Shown piece after piece: positions 16,388-26,219 of a stretch of 32,000 nt of DNA (position 1 is the stretch's first letter; every line of letters begins with the position of its first letter). The stretch covers positions 7,399,184 to 7,431,183 of the forward strand of contig JAYMFZ010000004.1 in the NCBI GenBank assembly GCA_040989845.1, written 5' to 3'. The notes under the pieces were generated by a model. That model saw only the letters and a list, made by a program, of their open reading frames with translations. It made no database searches and was not told the origin of the DNA. The translations under genes and the position numbers were made by a program. Origin of the DNA: Streptomyces sp. WGS_02 (GTDB lineage Bacteria > Actinomycetota > Actinomycetes > Streptomycetales > Streptomycetaceae).

Positions 16388-18774
16388 TGCAAACGCCGCG
16401 CACGGGGACCACGGCCTCGGCTCCCGAACATGACTCCTCGACCGTTCAGTTGGACGGAGGCGAAGCCGACCGGATCGCGGCGGCCGCCTCCGTCGGACCT
16501 GGGGAAGCATCTCCGGGAGTCGACAAGGGAACAACGCCGGAAACCGGGCGGCCCCCGGAGTCCCGGCCCGTTCCCGACGCCGCCGTCACTCCCGACGGCT
16601 CCCGCTCCACGGCCGACCCGCGGCGGCGGACCGTGGTGGTGGCCGTCGCCGGACTGGCCTTCGCCGTCCTGTTGTTGACGGGTCTCTCCCTCTCGATCGG
16701 CGCGGGCGAGGTCGGCCCCGGCGGGGTCCTGGACTACCTGCTCGGCCGGGACGGCGCGCGCGACAACGCCCGGCTCTCCCTCGTCGTCGGCGATCTGCGC
16801 CTGCCGCGCACCCTCACCGCGCTCCTCGTCGGGGCCGCCCTCGGCGTCGCCGGGTGCCTCCTCCAGGCGGTCACCCGCAACCCGCTGGCCGAGACCGGTC
16901 TGCTCGGCGTCAACGCGGGCGCCTCGCTCGGCGTCGTCGCCGGCATCGCGCTGCTCGGCTTCGATTCCGGTTACGCCTATCTCGTCTGCGCGTTCGTCGG
17001 TGCGGTGGTCGCGAGCGGTCTCGTCCTCCTCATTTCTGGAAGACGCGGCGGCGGTTCTCCCATGCGCCTGGTCCTCGCCGGGGCGGCGCTCGGGGCGACC
17101 TTCGGCGGGCTCACCAGCGTCATCGTCGTCAATTCCGCGGAGACCTACGACAGATTCCGCTTCTGGGTCCTCGGCTCCCTCGCCGGAGTCGAGGGCTTCG
17201 GCGAACTGGGTCGCCTCGCACCCGTCCTCGCCCTCGGTTTCGTCGTCGCCCTCCTCGTCGCCCGCCCGCTCTCCGCCCTGGCCCTCGGCGACGACCTGGC
17301 CCGCAGCCTCGGCCACCGGCCCCCCGTGATCCGTACGGTCGTCGCCATCGGCGTCACCCTGCTGACCGCGGCCGCCGTCGCGCTCGCCGGGCCGATCTCC
17401 TTCCTCGGACTGCTCGCCGGCTTCCTCGCCCGCGCCCTCGCCGGCACCCGGCTCGCCGCCCGCATCCTGCTCGCCGGGCTCATCGGCGCCTGTGTCCTGA
17501 CGGTCTCCGACATCGCCGCCCGCGTCGTCTCCCGGCCCTTCGAAGCGCCCGTCTCCGTCATCGTCGCCCTCATCGGCGCCCCCGTCCTCATCGCCATCGT
17601 CCGCTCCAAGCAGCTGGCCTCGATGGGCATGACGGAACCGGCCACCGAGGAACGCGCCCCCGACCGCCCCCGCCGCTTCCGGATCACCCTGCCCCGCCCG
17701 GCCCGCCGCACCCCGAAGACCAAGACCCCGCGGGTCCGCCCGGCCGACACCCTCGTCCTGCGCCGCGGCACGCTGTCCCTCCTCGTCACCCGGCGCCCCG
17801 CGCTGGCCGCCCTCGCCCTCGCCGGGGTCCTCCTGCTCGCCGTCGTCCTCTCCGCCTACGCGGGCCAGAGCGACATGGGCGTCGCCCGTACCTTCCGCGC
17901 GGTGTTCGGCCAGGGCGACCGCTTCGACGTGCTGCTCGTCCAGAAGTTCCGCCTCGGCCGCATCGTCGCCGGACTCACCGCCGGAGCGGCCCTCGGCCTG
18001 GCCGGCTGCCTCACCCAGACCCTGGCCCGCAACCGCCTGGCCACCCCCGAACTCCTCGGCGTCAACGACGGGGCCACTGCCGCCGTCCTGCTCTCCGTGA
18101 CCCTCAGCGCCACCGGATCCTTCGGCGCCTGGTGGGCCGGGCCGATCGGCGCCCTGGTCGCCGTCATCGTCGTCACCACCGTCTCCGGCGGCCTCGGCCG
18201 GCGCGGCTACCGCGTCCTCGTCGTCGGCCTCGCCATGTCCGCCCTGGCCTCCGCCATCACCCAGGTCGTCCTCTCCCGCCGGTCCCTCTCCTCCGCCAGT
18301 TCGCTGTACGTGTGGACCTCGGGCAGCCTCAACGGGCGCAGCTACTCCGTCGCCGTCCCCGTCCTCATCGGCCTCGCGGTACTCGTCCCGGTCAGCCTCG
18401 CCGTCGCCCGCCACCTGGGTGTCCTGCGCTTCGACGACGCGACCGCCTCCTCGCTCGGCTCCGCCCCCGGCCGGGTCCGCGCCCTGGCCCTGCTCCTCGC
18501 CGTCGCCCTCGCGGGCCTCGCGGTCGGCATCTGCGGACCCGTCGGATTCGTCGCACTCGCCTCCCCGGTCATCGCCTCCCGGCTCGCCGGACCCCTCCGT
18601 GTGCCGCTCGTCGGCTCGATGCTCACCGGAGCCGTCCTCGTTGTCGCCGCCGACACCCTCGGCCGCATCGTCCTCGACGGTGCCGAACTGCCCGTCGGCA
18701 TCGTCACCACCGTCCTCGGCGGCCCCTTCCTGCTCTGGGTGCTGCTCGGCCGCTCGGCCGCCACCCGCGTGTAG
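16387..18774 (+). CDS. fused (two-domain, FhuB-like) Fe3+-siderophore ABC permease, FecCD family
   Basis: 795-aa ORF with two tandem FecCD-type membrane domains. Each has LRLPR/GAALG...AG..Q..xRNPLAxPxxLG(V)N and a C-terminal LP(V)GI(V)T..(L)G(G)PFLLW(V)LL. They are joined by a basic linker (RPRRFRITLPRPARRTPKTKTPRVR). About 80 aa of Pro/Thr/Ala-rich N-terminal extension; the start is uncertain (alternative GTGs near 16630). Confidence 0.85.
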   Translation: MQTPRTGTTASAPEHDSSTVQLDGGEADRIAAAASVGPGEASPGVDKGTTPETGRPPESRPVPDAAVTPDGSRSTADPRRRTVVVAVAGLAFAVLLLTGLSLSIGAGEVGPGGVLDYLLGRDGARDNARLSLVVGDLRLPRTLTALLVGAALGVAGCLLQAVTRNPLAETGLLGVNAGASLGVVAGIALLGFDSGYAYLVCAFVGAVVASGLVLLISGRRGGGSPMRLVLAGAALGATFGGLTSVIVVNSAETYDRFRFWVLGSLAGVEGFGELGRLAPVLALGFVVALLVARPLSALALGDDLARSLGHRPPVIRTVVAIGVTLLTAAAVALAGPISFLGLLAGFLARALAGTRLAARILLAGLIGACVLTVSDIAARVVSRPFEAPVSVIVALIGAPVLIAIVRSKQLASMGMTEPATEERAPDRPRRFRITLPRPARRTPKTKTPRVRPADTLVLRRGTLSLLVTRRPALAALALAGVLLLAVVLSAYAGQSDMGVARTFRAVFGQGDRFDVLLVQKFRLGRIVAGLTAGAALGLAGCLTQTLARNRLATPELLGVNDGATAAVLLSVTLSATGSFGAWWAGPIGALVAVIVVTTVSGGLGRRGYRVLVVGLAMSALASAITQVVLSRRSLSSASSLYVWTSGSLNGRSYSVAVPVLIGLAVLVPVSLAVARHLGVLRFDDATASSLGSAPGRVRALALLLAVALAGLAVGICGPVGFVALASPVIASRLAGPLRVPLVGSMLTGAVLVVAADTLGRIVLDGAELPVGIVTTVLGGPFLLWVLLGRSAATRV

Positions 18775-18826
18775 CGGGCCGCCACCCCCGTACAAGAAGC
18801 CCACGTACAGGAAGTACGAGAGACCC

Positions 18827-20140
18827 ATGACCTATCCGCCGCGCAGGAATCCGCCGCCCCCGCCCGTATCCAAGGCACCGGCATCCACGGGGCCGGCATC
18901 CGCCGGACCGACCGAACCCGAGGCCACCGCCGTGCGAAGCCCCCTGTTGCGTACGCTGCTCGCGGAGGTCCGCGCCGAAAAGCCCGACGCCGAGGAGGCG
19001 TTCTGGCGGTACGCCGCCGCCACCGGCACCCCTCTCGTCGAACCCGACCCGGAGGGCGACCCGGACCACCGGCTCGTCACCTTCGTCCGCCGCGAGGACC
19101 CCGCGCGCCCCGCCACCCATGTCCTGGCCCTGGTCCACACGGTCACCGACAAGGACCGGCACGCCGGCGACCTCGCCCCGCACCTGATGGAACGGATCGA
19201 CGGCACCGGCGTATGGGCGATCAGCCACCGGCTGCGCGCCGACCACCGCGCCTCGTACCAGTTCCACGCCACCGGGGGCACGCGCGAGGACGCCCTGCGC
19301 GCCGACCGGTCCTCCTGGCTCGGGGTCCTCGACCACGCCGAACCCGACCCGCTCAACGACCGCGCCCCGCTGCCCTCCCGGGACGGCCGCAACCCCGCCT
19401 CCGTCCTCGAACTCCCCGATGCCCCGCCGCAGTCACGCACACGGCGACGCGACGACGTGGACCGGGGCCGCACGCTCGACGCCGAGGTCGACGGCCGCTC
19501 CATCACGGTCCACCTGCCGCCCGGCCACCGCCCGGACGGAGGCCCGTACGCGCTCGCCGTGCTCCTCGACGGCGAGATGTGGGGGCCGGTCCTCGGCGTC
19601 GGTGACATCCTCGACAACCTGCACGCCGACGGGGATCTCCCGCCCACCGTGGCGGTCCTGGTCGACACCATGGGCCGGCGCATGGAAGACCTCGCGTGCA
19701 GCGCCCCGTTCGTCGACTGGCTCGCCGACACCCTGCTGCCGTGGGCCGAGCGGGAGTACGGGGCCGGGGCGGACGCCGCACGGACCGTCGTCGCCGGACA
19801 GAGCGCGGGCGGCCTCACCGCCGCGTTCGCCGCCTTCCGGCGCCCCGACCGCTTCGGGCTCGCCCTCTCCCAGTCGGGGTCCTTCTGGTGGCCCGACGAC
19901 GAACGCGGCACCGAGTGGCTCACCGGGCAGTACGCGTGGGCGGAGCGCAGGCCGGTGACCCTCCATCTGGAGGTCGGCCTCCAGGAGTGGATGCTCCTCC
20001 AGGAGAACCGCAGGCTCCGCAATGTGCTGCGGGCCCGTGGATACGGCGTCCGCTACCGGGAGTTCAACGGCGGCCACGACTACGCCTGCTGGCGCGGCGG
20101 CCTCGCGGACGGGCTGGCCGCCCTGCTCGGCGAAGGCTGA
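18827..20140 (+). CDS. enterochelin/siderophore esterase (Fes family)
   Basis: ATG 18827 after AGGAAG. Fes-like N-terminal domain (FWRYAAATGTPLVEP...VTFVRRE) followed by an esterase domain with nucleophile motif GQSAGG and C-terminal GGHDYACW. No signal peptide. Confidence 0.85.
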   Translation: MTYPPRRNPPPPPVSKAPASTGPASAGPTEPEATAVRSPLLRTLLAEVRAEKPDAEEAFWRYAAATGTPLVEPDPEGDPDHRLVTFVRREDPARPATHVLALVHTVTDKDRHAGDLAPHLMERIDGTGVWAISHRLRADHRASYQFHATGGTREDALRADRSSWLGVLDHAEPDPLNDRAPLPSRDGRNPASVLELPDAPPQSRTRRRDDVDRGRTLDAEVDGRSITVHLPPGHRPDGGPYALAVLLDGEMWGPVLGVGDILDNLHADGDLPPTVAVLVDTMGRRMEDLACSAPFVDWLADTLLPWAEREYGAGADAARTVVAGQSAGGLTAAFAAFRRPDRFGLALSQSGSFWWPDDERGTEWLTGQYAWAERRPVTLHLEVGLQEWMLLQENRRLRNVLRARGYGVRYREFNGGHDYACWRGGLADGLAALLGEG

Positions 20141-20168
20141 GACGACGACGTGACTCCGCGTCCCGAGC

Positions 20169-20222
20169 ACGCGTGAGGGGCGGGCCGCATCCCCCTCCGG
20201 ATGCGGCCCGCCCCTCACGCGT
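20169..20222. terminator. bidirectional stem-loop between convergent esterase and exporter genes
   Basis: Perfect 24-bp stem ACGCGTGAGGGGCGGGCCGCATCC (20169-20192) / GGATGCGGCCCGCCCCTCACGCGT (20199-20222), 6-nt loop. Confidence 0.7.
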
Positions 20223-20230
20223 ATGCCCGC

Positions 20231-21694
20231 TCAGCCCTTCGCGACCGGGGCCTCCTGAGCCGCCAGGCCCTCACCGGGCGGCTCAGGGGAGTCCTCGTCG
20301 TCGAACGGCGGCTGCGGGGCCTCACGCGGCAGCCGGAGCGCGATCAGCGCGCCGACCGCGACGAGCCCCGCCGTCACCCAGACCGCCGTACGGTACGGGC
20401 CCGGGTCGGCGGAGGCCTCCGTCACGTGGCCGCCGCCGATCACCGCCGCACAGGCGGCGATGCCCAGAGCGCCGCCGAGCGTGCGGACGATCTGGAACAG
20501 GCCCATCGCCTGCCCCATGTCCGGGGGCGCGATCGACTCGAAGCCGGAGATCTGCACGGTCAGCACCGCCGTCCCCAGCACCAGACCGATCAGGAACATC
20601 AGCCCGCGGACGCTCCAGGCGTTCTCGGCCACTCCGGGCACGGCGAGCGCACCGAAGACCGCCGCGGCGACCAGCAGCGCCGGCACGGTCAGCAGCCGGG
20701 GGCCGAGCTTCGGCAGCAGCCGGTCCACCACCTGCGAGGCCAGCATCAGCCCCACCGCCTCCGGGAAGACGCTCAGCCCCGCGTCCAGCGCCGAAGCGCC
20801 CAGGCTCGCCTGGTAGAGCAGCGGGAAGACGAACAGCACGCCCATCAGCCCGGCCGCGGTCACCCCGGCGAGCGCCGAGGCCGATCCGTACACCCGGTCG
20901 GCGAGCAGCCGCAGCTTCAGCAGCGGCGTCTTCGCGCGCGTCTGGTGCACGACCGCCGCCACCAGCAGCACGGACCCCAGCACCGCGCTCACGGCGACGG
21001 CGGGCCTCGTCCAGCCCTGCGAGGGCCCGAAGCCCAGCGCGTACGTCAGCAGCCCCAGCGCCGGGGTGGCCAGCCAGAAACCGACCGTGTCGAACTTCCC
21101 CTCCGGGCCCTCGACATGCTCGCGCAGACCGAAGACGCCCAGCAGGACGGCCGCCGCCCCGATCGGCACGTTCACGAAGAACAGCCAGTGCCAGGAGAGG
21201 TGTTCGGTGAGCAGGCCCCCCAGTGGCGGGCCGAGCGCGGGCATCAGCGCCGTCGGCACGATCAGCACCTTCGCCAGCTTCATCCGCTCGTGCGGCGGGA
21301 ACGCCCGGAACAGCAGCGTCATCCCGACCGGCGTCAACAACCCGCCCGCCAGGCCCTGTACGGCCCGGGCCACCACCAGCGTCGTGAGGTCCGGGGCCAG
21401 ACCGCAGACCGCCGAGGCGACCGTGAACGCCGTCAGCGCGCCGAGGAACACCCGCTTCGTCCCGAACCGGTCGCCCAGCCACCCCGCCACCGGCAGCCCC
21501 ACCGCGAGCGCGACCAGGAAGGCCGTCTCCACCGTGTTGGCGGCCGACAGCGGGCGGCCGAAATCGCCCGCGATCGTGTAGAGAGCCGGGTTCACGATCG
21601 TCGAGTCCAGGCCGTTCATGCACATCGCGGCCGTGTAGACGAGGACGACGGCGACCCGGGGACGTATCCGGGGCCGGATCAGCAGCCCGCTCAC
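20231..21694 (-). CDS. MFS transporter, DHA2 (EmrB/QacA) type; probable siderophore exporter
   Basis: 487 aa from GTG 21694 (GTGA overlap with the MbtH stop). Multi-spanning hydrophobic profile. MFS motifs [13 protein letters not shown] and [10 protein letters not shown] near TM1. Last gene of the NRPS operon. Confidence 0.82.
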   Translation of the reverse strand: MSGLLIRPRIRPRVAVVLVYTAAMCMNGLDSTIVNPALYTIAGDFGRPLSAANTVETAFLVALAVGLPVAGWLGDRFGTKRVFLGALTAFTVASAVCGLAPDLTTLVVARAVQGLAGGLLTPVGMTLLFRAFPPHERMKLAKVLIVPTALMPALGPPLGGLLTEHLSWHWLFFVNVPIGAAAVLLGVFGLREHVEGPEGKFDTVGFWLATPALGLLTYALGFGPSQGWTRPAVAVSAVLGSVLLVAAVVHQTRAKTPLLKLRLLADRVYGSASALAGVTAAGLMGVLFVFPLLYQASLGASALDAGLSVFPEAVGLMLASQVVDRLLPKLGPRLLTVPALLVAAAVFGALAVPGVAENAWSVRGLMFLIGLVLGTAVLTVQISGFESIAPPDMGQAMGLFQIVRTLGGALGIAACAAVIGGGHVTEASADPGPYRTAVWVTAGLVAVGALIALRLPREAPQPPFDDEDSPEPPGEGLAAQEAPVAKG

Positions 21695-21894
21695 CGCGCG
21701 GCGGCGGCGACGGGGCCGTCCCAGTGCGCGGTGATCCAGTCCAGCGCGTCCTGCCGGGCGCACGGGCCATGAGCCGTCGACCAGCCCTCGGGCACCGCGG
21801 CGAACAGCGGCCACAGCGAGTGCTGACCCTCCGCGTTGATCAGCACGAGGAACTCCCCGTCCGCGTCGAAGGGGTTGGCGGATGCGTCGCTCAT
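21691..21894 (-). CDS. MbtH-like protein
   Basis: 67 aa: [58 protein letters not shown]..., with the three invariant Trp and the NxEGQxSLWP signature. ATG 21894 lies 5 nt after the NRPS stop. Confidence 0.95.
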   Translation of the reverse strand: MSDASANPFDADGEFLVLINAEGQHSLWPLFAAVPEGWSTAHGPCARQDALDWITAHWDGPVAAAAR

Positions 21895-21902
21895 CGGTGT
21901 CA

Positions 21903-22694
21903 CTTCTCCAGCTCGGTCAGTCGGTCGGCGACCACGCGCGCGATGTGCGCGATCGGCTCGGGCAGGGTCATGTCCTTGTGCGAGCAGGCGACGTTCGTGT
22001 TGTCGATCCGCCCGCTCACGTACGGGGTCCAGGTCTCGGGCGTCAGGGTGTCGTCGATCGTGTCCACCGTGGCCCGGAAGAACAGCACGTCGCCCTGGAA
22101 CACCCGGTGGTCGTAAGCCCGTACGAGGTCGTTGGTGTTGAGGTACACCTCGCCGAGCGCCTCGATCCTCGCGGCGGACAGCGTGGCCAGCGGGGAGCCC
22201 TCGCGGCGCAGCACCTCCACCACGTTCGCGCTGTTCAGCTCCCTCTCCCCGAGGCTGTCGGGGCCGTAACCGCCCATGGTGAGCAGCGATTCGAGGGCTT
22301 CGGCCTGATCGGGCACCGGCAGGTCGCGGAACCCCTCGGCGGGGTACGCGTCCAGGATCGCCAGCAACTCGACCTCCTGGCCCGCCTCCTGGAGCACGGC
22401 CGCGATCGCGTGCGCGATGATGCCGCCGGTGGACCAGCCGAGCAGCCGGTAGGGGCCCTCGGGCTGGACCTCCCGGATCCGCGAGGCGTAGTGCGCGGCC
22501 AGCTCCTCCAGTGTGGTCGGCAGCGGCTCGTCCACCGTCGCCTCGCCGACGCCCTGGGCCTGGAGCCCGTAGATCGGCACATCGGCCGGCAGGTTGCGGA
22601 TCAGGCCGGCGTAGCACCAGCTCAGACCGCCCGCCGGGTGCACGCAGTGGACGGGGGTGCGGTCGCCGGGACGGGCCGGCCGGAGCGGCAGCAG
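21903..22694 (-). other. NRPS domain: thioesterase (TE)
   Basis: GWSTGG nucleophile motif (Ser codon 22431-22433), alpha/beta-hydrolase length, C-terminal position. Confidence 0.8.
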
Positions 22695-22733
22695 CACATC
22701 CAGCGGATCCTCCTCGCGAGAGACGTCCAGCGC

Positions 22734-22934
22734 CGTGTCCAGCGCCGCGGGCGTCGGCGCCTGGAACACGGTCCCGATCGACACCTCGATGCCGAACGCC
22801 GACCTGATCTGCCCGGCCAGACGCACCGCGAGCAGCGAATGCCCGCCCAGATCGAAGAAGTTGTCCTCCACACCGGCGGACGGCAGCCCCAGCACCTCCG
22901 CGAAGATCGAGCAGAGCTGCTCCTCGCGGACCGT
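22734..22934 (-). other. NRPS domain: thiolation domain T2
   Basis: [14 protein letters not shown]; Ser codon at 22836-22838. Confidence 0.8.
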
Positions 22935-22979
22935 GCGCGGAGCGCGACCGGCGGCGTTCACCGGAACCCCCGGCGCGGG

Positions 22980-24512
22980 CAGCGCCTTGCGGTCCAGCTT
23001 GCCGTTGCCGGTCAGCGGCAGCCGGTCCAGCACCACCACCGCCGAGGGCACCATGTGCACCGGCAGCGTGGCGGCGGCGTGCTCGCGCAGCGCCGCCGGG
23101 ACCGGGTCCGTACCGGGCGCGACGACGACATAGCCGACCAGCCGCTTGTCACCGGGCTTGTCCTCGCGCACCACGACCGCCACATCGGCGACCTCCGGGT
23201 GTGCGGCCAGCACCGCCTCGATCTCGCCGAGTTCGATACGGAACCCGCGGATCTTGACCTGCTGGTCACCCCGGCCGAAGTACTCCAGCGTGCCGTCCAC
23301 GCGCCGCCGGGCGAGGTCGCCCGAGCGGTACATCCGCTGCCCGCTCTCCCCGGAGAGATGCGCGAACGGGTCGGCGACGAAACGCCCCGACGTCAGGTCC
23401 GGGCGGCCCAGATAGCCGAGGGCCACGCCCTCACCGGCGACGTACATCTCGCCGGTCACCCCGGGCGGCACCGGCTGGAGCCGGTCGTCCAGGACGTAGA
23501 CGCGCAGGTCGGGGATGTTCACGCCGATGGTGCTGGAGATCGCGGAGGCGGCGGTCGCCCGGTCCAGCGCCAGATACGAGACATGCACGGTCGTCTCGGT
23601 GATGCCGTACATGTTGACCAGCGTCGGCGCGTTCTCCCGGTGCCGGGTGTACCAGTCGGCGAGCCGCCCCAGCTCCAGCGCCTCCCCGCCGAACACGACG
23701 TAGCGCAGGGCCAGTTCGTGGCCAGGGGCCTCGCGGTCGGCGGCGGCCAGCTGGTAGAAGGCGGACGGGGTCTGGTTGAGGACGGTCACCCGCTCGTCGG
23801 CCAGCAGCCGGAGGAAGGCGTGCGGGTCACGGCTGGTCACATGCGGCACGACCACGACCCGGCCGCCGTACAGCAGCGCGCCCCACAGCTCCCACACGGA
23901 GAAGTCGAACGCGTAGGAGTGGAACAGCGTCCACACGTCGTCCGGCCCGAACGAGAACCAGTGCTCGGTCGCCGTCAGCAGCCGCGTCACATTGTGCTGG
24001 GTGACCACGACGCCCTTCGGGCGGCCGGTGGAGCCCGAGGTGTAGATGACGTACGCCGGATCCCGCGGGGTCAGCGGCCGGGTACGGTCCGCCTGGCCGA
24101 TCGGCCCGTCGGGGAATCCGGCCGCCTCGTCCACCGTGATCAGCGGCAGGTCGTGCGCGGGCAGCCGCCCGGCCGTCGCCGCGTCGGTGATCAGCGCCGC
24201 CGGTCGGGCGTCGTCCAGCATGTACGCGAGCCGGTCCGCCGGGTAGTCCGGGTCCATCGGCAGATACGCGGCCCCCGCCAGCGACACCGCGAGCAGCCCG
24301 GCCACCAGGTTCAGGGAGCGCGGCAGCGCGAGCGCCACGATGGAGCCGGGGCCGATGTTCCGCTCCGCCAGCAGCCGGGCCAGCGACTGGGCCCGGGAGG
24401 ACAGTTCGGCGTACGTCAGCGAGTCGCCCTCGCAGCTGACCGCGACCCGTTCCGGGTGGAGGCGCGCGGCAGCCCCGTACACCTCCGCGAGGGTGAGCGG
24501 CGCGGGCCGGTC
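22980..24512 (-). other. NRPS domain: adenylation domain A2 (Thr code)
   Basis: Motifs [64 protein letters not shown]. The pocket reads D-F-W-N-V-G-M-V-H-K. Confidence 0.85.
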
Positions 24513-24584
24513 GCCGGACGGTACGCCGTTGGCCTCGACCAGGGCCCGGTGCACCTCGTCCTCACCGAGCACGGGCAGCAGACC

Positions 24585-25916
24585 GACCGGCGTCTCCGGC
24601 CGCTCGGCGGCGGCCGTCAGCAGCCGGGACAGCCGGTCCGCCAGGGCCTGGGCGGTCGACCGGTCGAAGAGGTCGGTGCGGAACTCCAGGAAGCCGCCGA
24701 TCCCGCCGCCGGGCAACTCGCCGGCGTTCAGGGTCAGGTCGAACTTCGCGGTGCCCGACGGCACGGCAGTGAGCCGCGCGGTGGCCTCCGGGCCGAGGGC
24801 GACGGGTCCGTCCGCGATCGACTGCCAGGCCAGCATCACCTGGAACAGCGGGTGCCGGGACAGCGAGCGCGGCGGGTTGAGCGCCTCGACGAGGTGGTCG
24901 AAGGGCAGCGCGTCGTGCTCGTACGCGGCGAGCGTGGTCGCCCGCACCCGGTCCAGGAGGTCACCGAAGGCCGGGTCGCCGGAGGTGTCGGTGCGCAGGA
25001 CCACGGTGTTGGTGAAGAAGCCGATGAGCCCGGCCGATGCGTCGTCGTCGCGGCCCGCCACGGGGGTGCCGAGGGGGATGTCGCTGCCGCAGCCGTGCCG
25101 GGTCAGCAGAGCGGCGAGCCCCGCCTGCACGGTCATGAACACGGTCGCCCCGTGGGCCCGCGCGAGCCGGCGCAGCGCCTCGTGCGCCGTGGCGTCCAGG
25201 ACGAAGGGCACGGTGTCGCCCGCAGAGGTGGCCACCGGGGGCCGGGGCCGGTCGGTGGGCAGCTCCAGCTGGTCGGGCAGCCCGGCGAGCGCCTCGCGCC
25301 AGTGGGCGAGCTGGGCCTCGGCGAGCGCGGTCGGCTCGGCCGGGGAGCCCAGGAGCAGCTGGAGCCGGGCCGCGTGGTCCACGTACTGGCCGGCCAGGGG
25401 CGCGAACTCCGGGGCGCGGTCCGCCAGGCGCGCGGTGTAGGCGGTGGCCAGGTCGCGGGCCAGGGGAGTCGTGGAGGCTCCGTCGCCCGCGATGTGGTGG
25501 AGCAGCAGGAGCAGGGTGTGGTGGTCCGGCCCGTCGCTGAAGAGGACCGTGCGCAGCGGCGGCTCGGTGGCGAGGTCGAAGCAGTGGCGGACGGCCTCGG
25601 TGAGATCGCTGCCCGGTTCCGCGAGATGCAGCACGGGCCGGGCCGCCTCCTGGCCCGGAGGAAGAATCAGCTGGTGAGGGGTTGCGTCCCCGTCGGCTCC
25701 GGACTCGTTGTCAGTGGGCGGATATACCGTTCTCAGTGTCTCGTGACGGTCCACCAGATCGCGCAGGGCGAGCTGGAGCGCGTCCCGGTCCAGCGGGCCG
25801 TTGACGCTGAGCACGAGCGGGATGTTGTAGGTCGGGCTGGGGCCTTCGAGGCGGTGGAGGAACCACAGCCGCTGCTGGGCCGGGGAGAGCGGGAGGGGAC
25901 CGGTGCGGGGCACGGG
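24585..25916 (-). other. NRPS domain: condensation domain C2
   Basis: LSPAQQRLWFL and HHIAGDGAS (HHxxxDG). Confidence 0.8.
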
Positions 25917-25964
25917 GGAGAGCGGTACGGCAGCGATGGCCGCTCCGCTGCGGGCGCGGACCTG

Positions 25965-26168
25965 CGCGGCGAGCGCCGCCGGGGTGGCGTGGCGGAAGAC
26001 GTCGGCGATGGAGAACGGCACGGCGAAGTGCTCGCGTACGCGGGCGGCGAGCTTGGCGGCGAGCAGGGAGTGCCCGCCGAGGTCCAGGAAGCCCGCATCG
26101 GCGGCCGGGGGCTCCGCGATACCGAGCACGTCGGCGTAGAGACCTCGCACGATCTCGGTGTGCGGGTT
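25965..26168 (-). other. NRPS domain: thiolation domain T1
   Basis: [14 protein letters not shown]; Ser codon at 26067-26069. Confidence 0.8.
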
Positions 26169-26219
26169 GCTCTCGCCGGCGGCCTCCGCCCCGGCGGCGT
26201 GGGAGAGGGGTTCGGGGTC

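Noticed and set aside
16369-18828. 819-aa minus-strand ORF, and the 658-aa alternative plus-frame ORF (16854..18830), over the permease gene
   Set aside because: Extremely Gly/Asp/Arg/Pro-rich translations with no TM segments or motifs. The 16387..18774 frame gives two canonical FecCD domains.
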